A stretch of 63,593 nt of DNA, the filler included, from Chthonomonadaceae bacterium (GTDB lineage: Bacteria > Armatimonadota > Chthonomonadetes > Chthonomonadales > Chthonomonadaceae), in assembly GCA_035650735.1 (NCBI GenBank). It is 5 parts of 5 records of this genome, joined end to end, with 100 filler letters (N's around TTAATTAATTAA, not from the genome) between each part and the next. Parts side by side here need not be neighbours in the genome. Positions count along the whole stretch, not along the records: positions 23,340 to 42,551 come from DASRGZ010000150.1; 4 more parts are not named here. One strand, 5' to 3'. The position numbers and the translations under genes are program-made. How positions within the stretch are numbered: the first letter of the stretch is position 1; each line of letters begins with the position of its first letter. The notes under the pieces were generated by a model that worked only from the letters and a program-made list of their open reading frames with translations, was not told where the DNA came from and did not search any database. This document shows positions 26,168 through 36,102 of this stretch, one piece after another.

Positions 26168-26854
26168 TCAGTGCCCGGCGAAGCCCTGTCGGCAGAGGGC
26201 TAGGACGCGCGCCACCACCTCGTCAATGGCCAGGCCGTCGGTGTCCAGGATGACGGCGTCGGGCGCGGGCGCCAGCGGCGAGGTAGCGCGCAGGCTGTCG
26301 CGGGCGTCGCGCTCGATCATGTCGGAGAGCACATGCGCGTAATCCACGGCAAAGCCGCGCGTGCGCAGCTCGGCCAGGCGGCGTCGCGCGCGCTCCTCCG
26401 GGCTGGCCGTCAGAAAAACCTTTACCTGCGCGTTGGGGAAGACGACCGTGCCGATGTCCCGGCCTTCCAGCACGACGCCGCGCGGGGCCTGCTGCGCCAT
26501 CTGTCGCTGCTGGGCGACGACGACATTGCGGACGGCGGGAAAGGCCGAGATCGCGGAGGTCAAGTTAGAGACGGCGGGCTCGCGAATAGCCAGCGTCACA
26601 TCCTCCCCATCCACGCGAACGGCCTGCGTCCCGTCGGGGGTCAGTGGCCCGAAGGCGAGCCGCATCTGCTGCGCCAGGGCCGCCAGGGCCTCCGGGTTGG
26701 CAACATCCACGCCCTCCCGCAGCGCTTTCCAGGCGAGCGCGCGGTACATCGCGCCGGTATCTATATAGGTAAAGCCGAGGGCGGCAGCGACCCGCCGCGC
26801 CACGGTGCTCTTGCCTGCCCCGGCAGGCCCATCTATGGCGACGATAAACGGCAT
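26168..26854 (-). CDS. cmk: Cytidylate kinase
   Basis: AIDGPAGAGKST, DTGAMYR, EGRDIGTVVFP. Confidence 0.96.
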   Translation of the reverse strand: MPFIVAIDGPAGAGKSTVARRVAAALGFTYIDTGAMYRALAWKALREGVDVANPEALAALAQQMRLAFGPLTPDGTQAVRVDGEDVTLAIREPAVSNLTSAISAFPAVRNVVVAQQRQMAQQAPRGVVLEGRDIGTVVFPNAQVKVFLTASPEERARRRLAELRTRGFAVDYAHVLSDMIERDARDSLRATSPLAPAPDAVILDTDGLAIDEVVARVLALCRQGFAGH

Positions 26855-27177
26855 CCGTGCTTCTTTCCTTCCGACCTTGCGCCGCCCATTTTCGCCGCGC
26901 GGGGAGCGGTTTCCTGCCTCAATTTGCAGGCCGGTTTCCTCCGCAGGCGCGAGTAGTGGAAAAAAGTCCAACCCAGGTTCCAAATCCCGAAGGAAAAATG
27001 GTACTATAACAGAAACAGTAGGGCGCAAGCCCTGCTTTAATCTCGTATTATCACCTCACATTACGCATTCGGGCTATTCCTCAATCACACCCACCGCCTT
27101 GTTCAAGGCCGAAAATGGCTTGCTGGCTTGGGGAGAAAGCCTGGCTGGGTACGGTGAGTTATCAGGAGAACTTCTCA

Positions 27178-27438
27178 ATGCGGCAACTCCTTTCGCCCGC
27201 CCAGCGCGCCGCCAGCGCGCTGCGAAAGGCCGAAAAGGCCCTGCGCGACTGGCAGGATGATCCTGACAGCCCGCGCGCCGACGTGGATAAGATGCTGGCT
27301 ATCGTTGGCGACCTGCGCCAGTGGGTACAGGGCCACGTTCTGGCCGATATTGAGCGTACCGAGCGCCTTCTGCGCGAGCGGGCCGCCCGTACCGCCTCCG
27401 CTCCCAATCCCCCGCCATCTTCGCCGGGCGGCGACTGA
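27178..27438 (+). CDS. Small hypothetical protein
   Basis: AGGAG RBS; 86-aa helical-looking ORF. Confidence 0.5.
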   Translation: MRQLLSPAQRAASALRKAEKALRDWQDDPDSPRADVDKMLAIVGDLRQWVQGHVLADIERTERLLRERAARTASAPNPPPSSPGGD

Positions 27439-27544
27439 CTCGCCTCCCAGGGGCCTGCCGTTTTGGGCCGCGGGCGAATAAACTCGCGGCAACCAAGGCG
27501 CGAAGTCGCCCTGCGCGGACTCCAAACCTCACCCCCGGCCCTTT

Positions 27545-27805
27545 GTGTAGGGTGTAGGGTATAGGGTGTAGGGGGTAGGGGGTAGGGGGTAGGGCCGCCC
27601 TCATCCCCGGCCCTTCTCCCTTGCAGGGAGAGGGGAGAGCAGAAGCCGGATCACTCCCTTCCCTGCGAGGGTCGCAAGGCGGAGGGCTGTGGCAAGGCGG
27701 AGGCAGGGGCCGTAACCCTGCCGACCCTGGCAGTCCATTGCAGGCCCGACCCTGGCAGTCCGTTGTAGCCCCGACCCTAGCAGTGGGGGACGGGGGGTTA
27801 GGTGC
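27545..27805. repeat. G-rich heptamer tract plus modular repeat copy
   Basis: GTGTAGG/GTATAGG/GGGTAGG units at 27545-27594; three CCGACCCT(G/A)GCAGT modules at about 27720-27785. Confidence 0.85.
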
Positions 27806-27952
27806 TCTTGTTGCTGCGGCTTGAGCCACCCGAAAGGAAAATGGAATGCCCCTGTGAAACCGCCACACGTTGAAGACGTCTCGATTCCCAGGGCGCGGGC
27901 TGCCGCGCTCTGCCCTTCACCCTTCCTGACCCGGCACGGAGAGGCTTGGCCT

Positions 27953-28711
27953 ATGGATGCAGATGTCTTCGCGCAACAAGGGTATCGGTGCAAGCTGGAG
28001 TGGGGACAGCGCGGCGCACAGACGGCGGCAGAGCGCCGCGATATCCTGGTCGTCGTGGATGTCCTCAGCTTCTCCTCTGCCGTCGTCACCGCCGTGCAGC
28101 ACGGCGGCTTGATCTACCCGTGCGCCCAGGACGAGGACGCCACCGCGTTCGCCCGGCGCGTCGGCGGCGAGGCGGCAGTACACCGCCAGGGCGTACCGGA
28201 GATGGGACGCTTTTCCCTCTCGCCACTCACCTACCTGGGGCTGTCACCGGGAACGCGGGTTGTGCTGGCCTCTCCCAACGGGGCCACATGCAGCCGGTAC
28301 GCGCGCCAGGCCCCGTTCCTGTTCGTCGGGGCGCTGCTCAATGCGGATGCCGTCGGCGCTGCTGTCTCCCGCACGCTCGACGCCACCGACCTCGGCGTCA
28401 CGGTCATCGCCTGCGGGGAGCGCTGGCAGACGCCTTCCGAGGATGGCACGCTGCGCTTTGCCCTGGAGGACTATCTGGGCGCGGGGGCGATCCTGGCCGC
28501 GATAGAGCATGAGAAGTCCCCGGAAGCCCGCGTCTGTGAGGGCGCATTCCGCGCGGCTGCGGGCCAGCTTGCCGAGATCGTCTGGGAGTGCGGCAGCGGG
28601 CGCGAGCTCCGCGCCAAAGGCTACGGCGAGGACGTGTGGCACGCCGCGCAATGGAACGTATATAGCGCCGTCCCCCTAATGCAGGACGAATGCCTGCAGG
28701 CGGCAGGCTAA
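27953..28711 (+). CDS. 2-phosphosulfolactate phosphatase family (ComB-like)
   Basis: VVVDVLSFS, SPNG, ACGERW, EDYLGAGAI. Confidence 0.88.
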   Translation: MDADVFAQQGYRCKLEWGQRGAQTAAERRDILVVVDVLSFSSAVVTAVQHGGLIYPCAQDEDATAFARRVGGEAAVHRQGVPEMGRFSLSPLTYLGLSPGTRVVLASPNGATCSRYARQAPFLFVGALLNADAVGAAVSRTLDATDLGVTVIACGERWQTPSEDGTLRFALEDYLGAGAILAAIEHEKSPEARVCEGAFRAAAGQLAEIVWECGSGRELRAKGYGEDVWHAAQWNVYSAVPLMQDECLQAAG

Positions 28712-29730
28712 CTCCTGCTGCCTGCGCCGTCCCTTCTTTGCTGCCGTCCCAAAGCCGCCTCGCGCCGCCAGGTCAGCAGCATCCAGCCCGCCACCCCCAG
28801 CAGGATGAGCGGCCCGCCCAGGCGTGTCGCTGGCGGAATCGCCTCGCCAACGATCAGGTAGGTCCAGAGCGGATTGAGAACCATCTCCAGCAGCGTGATC
28901 AGCGCGGCCCGGTGCGCCTCCACCGATTGCAGCGCCAGCGAGAACAGCACATAGGGCAGAGCGAACTGCGCCACGCTCAGCAGCACCAGCAGCCCCAATT
29001 GGCCCGCCGTGAGATGAAACGTGCTCCAGAGGGCCACCGCCGGGGCCAGTAGGAGCCCCGATCCCAGCAGGTTGAGGCAGGTTACCACCGTCGGGTCCAC
29101 GCGGCGCAGGCCCCGCAGCACGACGATCAGGCTGCCGTAGCCCAGCCCGCTTGTCAGCGCCACCAGCAGCGCCGGCATATCGGCGGCGGGATGCCCGGCG
29201 AAGAGGACCGCCACGCCCGCCATTGCGATCAGGAGCACCAGCCCCTCCTCGCGTCGGGGCCGCTCCCCCAGGATCAGCGGCGAGAGTAGAAACACCCACA
29301 GCGGCGCGGTATATTGCAGGCTGATCGCGTTGGCGGCGGCCGTCATCGTGGTCGCCAGGACAAAGGTGACGGTCATCAGGGTGAAGGTCAGCACGGAGGC
29401 AGCGGGCCAAATGGGAGCGACCACCCGCAGCGTGCGCCGTCTCCGCCATGCCAGCGGCAGAAAGACCAGCCCACCGAGAAGCGAGCGGTAGCAGGCGATG
29501 GCCAGCCCCGATACGCCGCCGCCCTGGTAGTTGAGCAGCTTGATAAGTGGTCCACTCAGGCTCCAGAGCGCCGCGCACGCAATGAGCAGCAGCACGCCCA
29601 TCCAGACCGGTCGCGGCGGCGCGGGCGCGCGGCTTACGGCAAGCGCTGTTGTGTGCTCTCGCTGTTGCGTGGGTATGGGCCTGTTCTCCATCTCAAACCA
29701 CGGTTGCTGGGGGTGTTGTAAGACGCGCAT
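28708..29730 (-). CDS. EamA/DMT family transporter
   Basis: About 10 TM in two repeats; ANAISLQYTAP, LEMVLNPLW; start uncertain. Confidence 0.88.
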   Translation of the reverse strand: MRVLQHPQQPWFEMENRPIPTQQREHTTALAVSRAPAPPRPVWMGVLLLIACAALWSLSGPLIKLLNYQGGGVSGLAIACYRSLLGGLVFLPLAWRRRRTLRVVAPIWPAASVLTFTLMTVTFVLATTMTAAANAISLQYTAPLWVFLLSPLILGERPRREEGLVLLIAMAGVAVLFAGHPAADMPALLVALTSGLGYGSLIVVLRGLRRVDPTVVTCLNLLGSGLLLAPAVALWSTFHLTAGQLGLLVLLSVAQFALPYVLFSLALQSVEAHRAALITLLEMVLNPLWTYLIVGEAIPPATRLGGPLILLGVAGWMLLTWRREAALGRQQRRDGAGSRS

Positions 29731-29973
29731 CTTCCATAGTATAATCCATAATTCTGCGCGCTGTATGGATGGAGGTCAATATTTTAAAGCCGGCGAAAAA
29801 CGCGCCGAATCCGCCCGGCAGAGCCACTATATAAGGAATAGGATGCCTTCAAAGGTCGTGCCCAACAGAGCCGCTTGTTGCAACTCTTCCACGGGCCAAG
29901 CTGTCTCTGTAGGTATCCGCAACGCCGCCAGGCACAACCGCCGTGCGGCGCCAAGCACTCTATGAGAGCCGCT

Positions 29974-30684
29974 ATGTTCACCCAATCCGCCCGCTATTAT
30001 GATGCGATCTATAGCTTCAAAGACTATGCGCGTGACGCCGAACGCGTCCATGCCCTCATTCAGCAATATAAGCAAAGCGCGGGCTCAACCCTGCTTGACG
30101 TCGCCTGCGGTACCGGCGCGCATATTCCCTACCTGCGCCAGCACTATATGCCAGAGGGCCTGGACCTGGACGAAGGGATGCTGGCCGTAGCCCGCCAGCG
30201 CCACCCGGATATTCCCTTCCACCAGGCCGACATGGTCCACTTCGACCTCGGACGCGCCTTTGACGTCGTCCTCTGTATGTTCAGCTCTATCGGCTACGTC
30301 AAGACCGTTCCCCGCCTGCAATCGGCGCTCCAGAGCCTGAGCCGCCACGTCAAGCCGGGCGGGCTGGTCCTCGTCGAGCCCTGGCTCACGCCGGAGAACT
30401 ACCGTGGTGGCGGCGTGCACGCCCTGTTTGTGGATCAACCCGACCTCAAGATCGCCCGCATGAACCTCTCCCGACAGGAGGATCGCGTCTCGATCATGGA
30501 TTTTCACTATCTGGTCGGCACGCCGGAGGGCATCACGCACTTCACCGAGCGCCATGAGCTGGGGCTGTTTACACCGGGGGAGTATCGGGAGGCGTTTGAA
30601 GCCGCCGGATTGGAGGTGGTTTATCAGGAGCCCGCCCGGGAAAGGGAACGCGGGATCTATGTGGGTCGGCGGCCTCTGGCCTAA
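29974..30684 (+). CDS. Class I SAM-dependent methyltransferase (TylM1/DesVI-like)
   Basis: LLDVACGTGAH, CMFSSIGY, VEPW. Confidence 0.88.
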   Translation: MFTQSARYYDAIYSFKDYARDAERVHALIQQYKQSAGSTLLDVACGTGAHIPYLRQHYMPEGLDLDEGMLAVARQRHPDIPFHQADMVHFDLGRAFDVVLCMFSSIGYVKTVPRLQSALQSLSRHVKPGGLVLVEPWLTPENYRGGGVHALFVDQPDLKIARMNLSRQEDRVSIMDFHYLVGTPEGITHFTERHELGLFTPGEYREAFEAAGLEVVYQEPARERERGIYVGRRPLA

Positions 30685-30723
30685 GATTGCGGCATAAATT
30701 GGGGCTGTGCGCGGGCGCAAGGG

Positions 30724-30753
30724 TTGCGGCGGGCTGCTTCTCTGTGCTATAAT
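30724..30753 (+). promoter_or_regulatory. Putative sigma70 promoter of the rpmH operon
   Basis: TTGCGG-N18-TATAAT with an extended TG. Confidence 0.55.
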
Positions 30754-30815
30754 AGCCAGAATCTTTCACGGGAAAACCAGCCTTAGTTTGCTAATTTCAG
30801 GAGCGCTTTCTACCG

Positions 30816-30950
30816 ATGAAACGGACATACCAACCTCACAACCGACGCCATAAGCGCGTACACGGCTTCCGTAAGCGCATGCTGACCAACGATGGACGCA
30901 ATGTCCTGAAGCGGCGGCGCTTAAAGGGACGCCACCAACTGATTAAGTAG
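30816..30950 (+). CDS. rpmH: 50S ribosomal protein L34
   Basis: Own translation [44 protein letters not shown]; below the ORF-track length cutoff. Confidence 0.97.
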   Translation: MKRTYQPHNRRHKRVHGFRKRMLTNDGRNVLKRRRLKGRHQLIK

Positions 30951-31057
30951 GAAACCAAGGCGCGAGGGGAAACCATTCGCGCCTTTCTTCCGTAAGGACA
31001 TGCGAGGCCCGAGCGGCCACGGGTACCTCGCGTGTGCCGGGAGACGCCTGTTGCGCC

Positions 31058-31510
31058 ATGCTGCCCGAGGAGCAACGCCTGCGGGATAACCGGGATTTCC
31101 GGCGCGTCTATGCGCGGGGCCGCTCCTACGCCAACGGCCTGGCCGTCCTCTATGTCCTGCGGCGGGACGCCGCCGACACTCCGGCGGTTCCCGGCCGGCG
31201 CATCGGCTTTGTCGTCAGCAAGAAGCAGGGCGGCGCCGTCGTGCGCAATCGCATCAAGCGGCGGCTGCGGGAAGCGGTACGTCTGCGCTTGCCGGCGCTC
31301 CGTGAAGGCCCGCTCGACATCATCTTTGTGGCGCGCGGGCGCCTGAAGGAGGCTTCCTGGCCTGAAGTGCAGGCCGCTGTGGATGACCTGCTCCGTCGGG
31401 GGCGCCTACTGCGAGCAGACACGCCGACGGCGATGGCCGAAGCGCCGCCAACGCACGCCGGCGCGGAGGCTTCTTCATCGGCCCACACGAAAGGAGAGAC
31501 GCAGGAGTGA
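31058..31510 (+). CDS. rnpA: Ribonuclease P protein component
   Basis: [21 protein letters not shown]; follows rpmH. Confidence 0.95.
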   Translation: MLPEEQRLRDNRDFRRVYARGRSYANGLAVLYVLRRDAADTPAVPGRRIGFVVSKKQGGAVVRNRIKRRLREAVRLRLPALREGPLDIIFVARGRLKEASWPEVQAAVDDLLRRGRLLRADTPTAMAEAPPTHAGAEASSSAHTKGETQE

Positions 31511-31848
31511 CTCCGTTGCAGCAGATCGGGAGCGCGCTGCGCCGCCTGGCCGACCTGAGCTCGTTCGGCGCGCGGTGGCTGGCCGTAGCCTGCATTCGCG
31601 TTTACCAGGCGACGGCGTGCGCGCGCCCGCGCATCTGCCGCTACGAGCCGACCTGTTCCGAGTATACCGCCCAGTGTATCCAGCGGCACGGCGTTCTGGC
31701 CGGCGTTGCGCTGGGCCTGCGGCGCATCCTGCGCTGCAATCCGTTCAGCCCCGGGGGCTACGATCCGGTTCCCCTGACCCTCTCGCCCGATGCCGCCAGG
31801 GGATCGGGCGTCGGCGGTCACCCTGAAATTATTGAGGAAAAACGTTGA
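31507..31848 (+). CDS. yidD: Membrane protein insertion efficiency factor
   Basis: [27 protein letters not shown]. Confidence 0.95.
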   Translation: MTPLQQIGSALRRLADLSSFGARWLAVACIRVYQATACARPRICRYEPTCSEYTAQCIQRHGVLAGVALGLRRILRCNPFSPGGYDPVPLTLSPDAARGSGVGGHPEIIEEKR

Positions 31849-33185
31849 AATTTATATCGCGTACCCTTGCTCTCTTAGCTCTTGTCGTCCTGCTCGGCGG
31901 CGTGCTGTCCGGCTGTGTTCCTGGCAGCCAGGGTCCCTCCGGCCACTACACGCTGGATCAGGTCAAAGCCATGGAGACGACGGCGCCGGCCCATAAGGTG
32001 CTGGATGCCTATGCCGCCGTCAAACGAGAATACTCCGAGTCCGGCAAAGATCAGAGCGTTGCCGCCCAGGCGCTCCTGCGCGAAGCCGAGTTTGCCGCCA
32101 GCGACAACTACGGCAAAGTGGACGAGCAGCAGCTGCGAGAGCGCATTGATGTCAAAGATCCCAACCGCGTGCCCGATGCCGTGCGCGAGCAGCGCGAGCA
32201 GATGCGCTCTGAAGGCGACTATCGGGCCCATGACGCGCTCAAGCAGCTTTTCAAGGAGTATCCCAACTCGCAGGCGGCGGCCATCGCCCGCCAGGAAAAT
32301 CTGAAGCAGATATTGGAAGACCGCATTGACCAGCGCAACTCCACCGGCATCAGCTACAAGATCGTGGATGTGCTGGTGGCGGCGACGGGCCGTCTTCCTG
32401 CGTTCAGTTACTGGTTCGCGCTGGTCATCATCGCCGTGCTCGTCAAGCTGATCACGCTGCCGCTGACGCTGCGGATGTACCGCAGCCAGCGGGAGATGCA
32501 GCGCATCCAGCCGGTCTTAAAGGAGATCCAGGAGAAGTACAAGGGCAAGCCAGAGCTGAACGAGAAGGTGATGGCGACCTACAAGGAGCATGGGATCAAC
32601 CCCTTCGCCAGCTGCCTGCCGATGGTCATTCAGTTGCCCTTTATGATCTGGGTCTACAACATGATCCGCCAATACGAGTTCCATTTCTCGCACGGCAAGT
32701 TTCTCTGGATCGGCAGTGCGCTCTCGTTCAAGTTTCCCGATTATCTGGCCACCAACCTGGCCCAGTTCGACCTAGTACTGTTGCTCATCTACGCTGCCAG
32801 CAACTACCTGACCATGAAGCTGACGCCGCCCGCCGACCCCCAGCAGGCCCAACAGCAGAAGAGCATGTCGATCATGATGACCGGCATGATGATCTGGATG
32901 TTCCTGCTGTATCGCTGGTCCGCCGCCTTCATGCTGTACTGGCTCGTCCTGAACCTGATGTCGGCCTGGCAGCAGTACGTCTATATTTACAAGCGCAATA
33001 CCGGGCTGGCGGTCAGCGCCAACGGCACGATCACGCTCCCGGCTGAGCCGAAGGAGGCAAAGGAGACAAGCGAAAAGCCGCGCGCCACGGGAGGCGCCAG
33101 CGGTACACTAACGACCGCGCGTCCGGCGACTTCCACGGCGGGCGGCGATGGGATGCGTCCCCGCCCGCGCCGCAAGAAGCGCTGA
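31845..33185 (+). CDS. yidC: YidC/Oxa1 insertase with lipoprotein-type N-terminal extension
   Basis: [33 protein letters not shown] lipobox. Confidence 0.92.
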   Translation: MKFISRTLALLALVVLLGGVLSGCVPGSQGPSGHYTLDQVKAMETTAPAHKVLDAYAAVKREYSESGKDQSVAAQALLREAEFAASDNYGKVDEQQLRERIDVKDPNRVPDAVREQREQMRSEGDYRAHDALKQLFKEYPNSQAAAIARQENLKQILEDRIDQRNSTGISYKIVDVLVAATGRLPAFSYWFALVIIAVLVKLITLPLTLRMYRSQREMQRIQPVLKEIQEKYKGKPELNEKVMATYKEHGINPFASCLPMVIQLPFMIWVYNMIRQYEFHFSHGKFLWIGSALSFKFPDYLATNLAQFDLVLLLIYAASNYLTMKLTPPADPQQAQQQKSMSIMMTGMMIWMFLLYRWSAAFMLYWLVLNLMSAWQQYVYIYKRNTGLAVSANGTITLPAEPKEAKETSEKPRATGGASGTLTTARPATSTAGGDGMRPRPRRKKR

Positions 33186-33388
33186 GCCTCTGGCACAAGG
33201 GAATCAATTCCCTCGCTCGGTGGCCTACGGCCCAGTGTCGGTCTACGCCGACACGACCTTTCGATAGGCTGTTTGGTGCCCGCGTAGGTGGGCAGCAGGC
33301 CGTAGGCCCCACAGCGGCAGGGTTTAGCCTGCCGGGGGGTTAGGCCAATCGGCAGGCCCCTGAGGGGCGAACAAGGAGAGAGCGAGCG

Positions 33389-33931
33389 ATGACAGACTTG
33401 CACGCAGGACAACCGGAGTCCGCCGCAGAAGGCACGCCGACAGGGGCAGCGGAATCGATGGCAGGGCCTGTCGATCTGAATGCGGATCAGGGCCAGGCAG
33501 TGACCGTTATGGAAGAGGTTTGCGCCGCCAGCGGCCTGGACATCCATCCTGTCGTGCGTGCCGTCCATGATCCCTACCTGGATATCGAGCTCGTCGGCAG
33601 CGACACGGCCATCACCTTCGGGCGGCTGGGACCGGCCCTGGATCAACTGCAATTTCTCGCCAATCTTATCCTGGCGCGCCGCATCCGCTCGGATGTGCGC
33701 ATCATCCTGGATGCCGCCAATTACCGGGAGCGGCGGGCCGAAGTCCTGCGCCGCCGCGCCATCGAACTGGCCAACGAGGTCAAGGCGCGTAACGAAGAGG
33801 CCGAGCTGGAGCCGCTGCCTCCCCACGAGCGCCGCATCATCCATAAAGCCCTCGCCGATGACCCCGATATTATGACTTACAGCGAGGGCGAGGAGCCGGA
33901 TCGTCGTATCGTTATTTCCCCCCGTCGGTAA
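33389..33931 (+). CDS. jag: Jag/EloR-type KH + R3H RNA-binding protein
   Basis: LDQLQFL, DAANYRERR, ERRIIH, SEGEEPDRRIVI; follows yidC. Confidence 0.9.
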   Translation: MTDLHAGQPESAAEGTPTGAAESMAGPVDLNADQGQAVTVMEEVCAASGLDIHPVVRAVHDPYLDIELVGSDTAITFGRLGPALDQLQFLANLILARRIRSDVRIILDAANYRERRAEVLRRRAIELANEVKARNEEAELEPLPPHERRIIHKALADDPDIMTYSEGEEPDRRIVISPRR

Positions 33932-33934
33932 GAA

Positions 33935-34160
33935 TACCTAACCCCCCCGGCCCCCTTCCCTAGGAGGGAAGGGGGTGACCCGGCTTTTCCTCTCCCCTCC
34001 CCTGTTCTTTTTGATCGCCAGGCGGAGGGGTGTGGCAAGGCAAAGCCGTGTCGCCAGGTGTCGCCAGGCGGAGGCAAGGGCCGTAACCTTGCCGACCCTG
34101 GCAGTGGGCCGAACCATGGCAGCCCCGACCCTGGCAGTCGGAGAAAGGGGTGGGGGCTGT
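33935..34160. repeat. Modular intergenic repeat copy
   Basis: CCCCTTCCCT-AGGGAAGGGG palindrome plus TCGCCAGG units and the GGCCGTAACCTTGCCGACCCTGGCAGT core. Confidence 0.85.
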
Positions 34161-34188
34161 TAGAGCCGGACTGTTCCCTAAATTCACC

Positions 34189-34217
34189 TTGCTTTTCTGC
34201 CAATTGTCGCGTATAAT
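34189..34217 (+). promoter_or_regulatory. sigma70 promoter of ssrA
   Basis: TTGCTT-N17-TATAAT, 11 nt before the tmRNA 5' end. Confidence 0.75.
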
Positions 34218-34228
34218 AAAAGTGCTAT

Positions 34229-34578
34229 GGGGGTGATTGGTGTCGACCTGGTGGATGCTGCCCCTAGTTGCAAGCCGAGGCGCCGCTGGCCTCGTAAAAA
34301 GCGGCAAAACAATAAACGCGAACACTCAACAGTACGCGCTCGCGGCCTAAGTGCCGTGCGTCTGACCCGCTCCTGTTGGCCGAGAGGATGTCAGGCGTAA
34401 CCTATGCCAACTAACCGCCTAAGGCCCGTTCGCCGCCTGTGGCGGGACACCTAACGCGATCTAGCGCTCCGCTAGCCTGGCCCCTGTGGCAGGCGGACGC
34501 GAAACCTAAACGGGGGCTACGCTTGTAGACGCTAGGGACAAGTCGCTGGGAACGGGAGTTCGAGTCTCCCCACCTCCA
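34229..34578 (+). ncRNA. ssrA: tmRNA; tag peptide ANTQQYALAA (34318-34350)
   Basis: 5' GGGGGTGA..TCGAC pairs with 3' CACCTCC-A; T-loop GTTCGAG; tag ends YALAA-stop; 3' CCA not encoded. Confidence 0.95.
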
Positions 34579-34740
34579 CTTTCTCTCTCTTTTACTGACG
34601 GGGCAGCGCCAGGCGCGCTGTCCCGTTCTGTCGTCTCAAGGCCATTTCCACGGGAACGGTCGAGATAGGCTTGCCTTTTTCATTTAAAACGCGCTACCAT
34701 AAAAGCGGCGCATCCAAGCCCAGGAAGGTTGGTGAGCGAA

Positions 34741-36102
34741 ATGCAATTTGTAGATGAAGCCCAAATTGAGGTGCAGGCGGGCAACGGCGGCAACGGCATG
34801 GTCACCTTTCGCCGCGAGAAGCATGTGCCCCACGGCGGCCCCAATGGCGGCGACGGCGGGCACGGCGGCAGCGTCCTCCTGGAGGTAGACCCGAACCTCT
34901 CCACGCTGCTGGATTTCCACTACAAGCGCAAATACAAGGCCGAGCGCGGCGGCGACGGCGGCAGCAAAGATATGTTCGGCAAGGACGGGGCCGACCTGGT
35001 GCTGAAAGTGCCCCAGGGCACCGTCGTCTACGACGCCGACACCGGCGAGCAGCTTGCCGACCTGGATACCCCTGACGCCCGCTTCGTCGTGGCGCGCGGC
35101 GGGGTCGGCGGGCGCGGCAACGCCCACTTTGTCACCTCCATTCACCAGGCCCCCAAGTTCGCGGAGAAGGGCGAGCCCGGCGAGGCCCGCCATCTGCGCC
35201 TGGAGCTGAAGCTGCTGGCGGATGTGGGGCTGCTCGGCTTTCCCAACGTCGGCAAGTCCACGCTGATCGCCGCCGTCTCCGCCGCCAAGCCCAAGATAGC
35301 CAACTATCCCTTCACGACGCTGGTGCCTAATTTGGGCGTCGTCTACCTCGGGCCGGAGCGCAGCTTCGTCATGGCCGACATTCCCGGCATTATTGAAGGG
35401 GCGCATCAGGGCGTCGGGCTGGGCCATCAGTTCCTGCGGCACGTCGAGCGCACGCGCCTGCTCGTCCATATCCTCGACGTCAGCGGCATGACCGGGCGCG
35501 AGCCGCTGCACGATTTTGAGGTTCTCAACCGGGAGTTGGCGCTTTACAGCGAGCGGCTGGCCCAACTGCCCCAGGTCGTCGCCCTGAACAAGATAGACGT
35601 GGCGGCAGACCCGGAGATGGTGGATAGCGTCGAGGCCGAGTTAAAACAGCGCGGCTATACGGTCTATCGCCTCTCGGCGGTCACGCGCGCTGGGCTCGAC
35701 CCGCTCATCTATGACATCATGAGCCGCCTGGAGCAGATACGCGCCGAGGAAATGGAGCAGGCGGTGACGCAGCCGCCGGCCCTGCGCATCACGGCCCCGC
35801 AGGAGGAGGATACGCGCCGCTGGGAGGTCCGTCAAGTAGATGCGACCACCTTCGAGGTCGTGGGGCGCGGCATCGAGCGCCTGGTCGCCATGACCGATCT
35901 GAACAACGAGTACGCCCTGCGCCGCCTGCAGCGGACGCTGGATAAGATAGGCGTCACGAACAAGCTCAAGGCGCTAGGCGCCAAGGACGGGGATACCGTG
36001 CGTATTCGGGACGTCGAATTCGAGTACGAGGACGAGGATAGGTGGGATCAGGAGAACGAAGGGGAGGAGACGCGGGGCAGCCGCCGCGCGGCGCGGCGCT
36101 AA
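34741..36102 (+). CDS. obgE: GTPase ObgE with C-terminal DUF1967-like domain
   Basis: FVDEA..AGNGGNG..FRREK, GFPNVGKST, DIPG, NKID. Confidence 0.97.
   Translation: MQFVDEAQIEVQAGNGGNGMVTFRREKHVPHGGPNGGDGGHGGSVLLEVDPNLSTLLDFHYKRKYKAERGGDGGSKDMFGKDGADLVLKVPQGTVVYDADTGEQLADLDTPDARFVVARGGVGGRGNAHFVTSIHQAPKFAEKGEPGEARHLRLELKLLADVGLLGFPNVGKSTLIAAVSAAKPKIANYPFTTLVPNLGVVYLGPERSFVMADIPGIIEGAHQGVGLGHQFLRHVERTRLLVHILDVSGMTGREPLHDFEVLNRELALYSERLAQLPQVVALNKIDVAADPEMVDSVEAELKQRGYTVYRLSAVTRAGLDPLIYDIMSRLEQIRAEEMEQAVTQPPALRITAPQEEDTRRWEVRQVDATTFEVVGRGIERLVAMTDLNNEYALRRLQRTLDKIGVTNKLKALGAKDGDTVRIRDVEFEYEDEDRWDQENEGEETRGSRRAARR

Noticed and set aside
27299..27868. ORFs spanning the repeat-rich spacer (also 33877-34325 and 51079-51362)
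   Set aside because: Translations of intergenic repeats (recurring CQGRQGYGPCLRLAT) or antisense to the tmRNA.
30690..30815. Possible oriC upstream of rpmH
   Set aside because: Short spacer, no DnaA boxes seen, no dnaA gene.
34578..34740. Prophage or island integrated at the tmRNA 3' end
   Set aside because: No integrase or duplicated 3' end; obgE follows directly.
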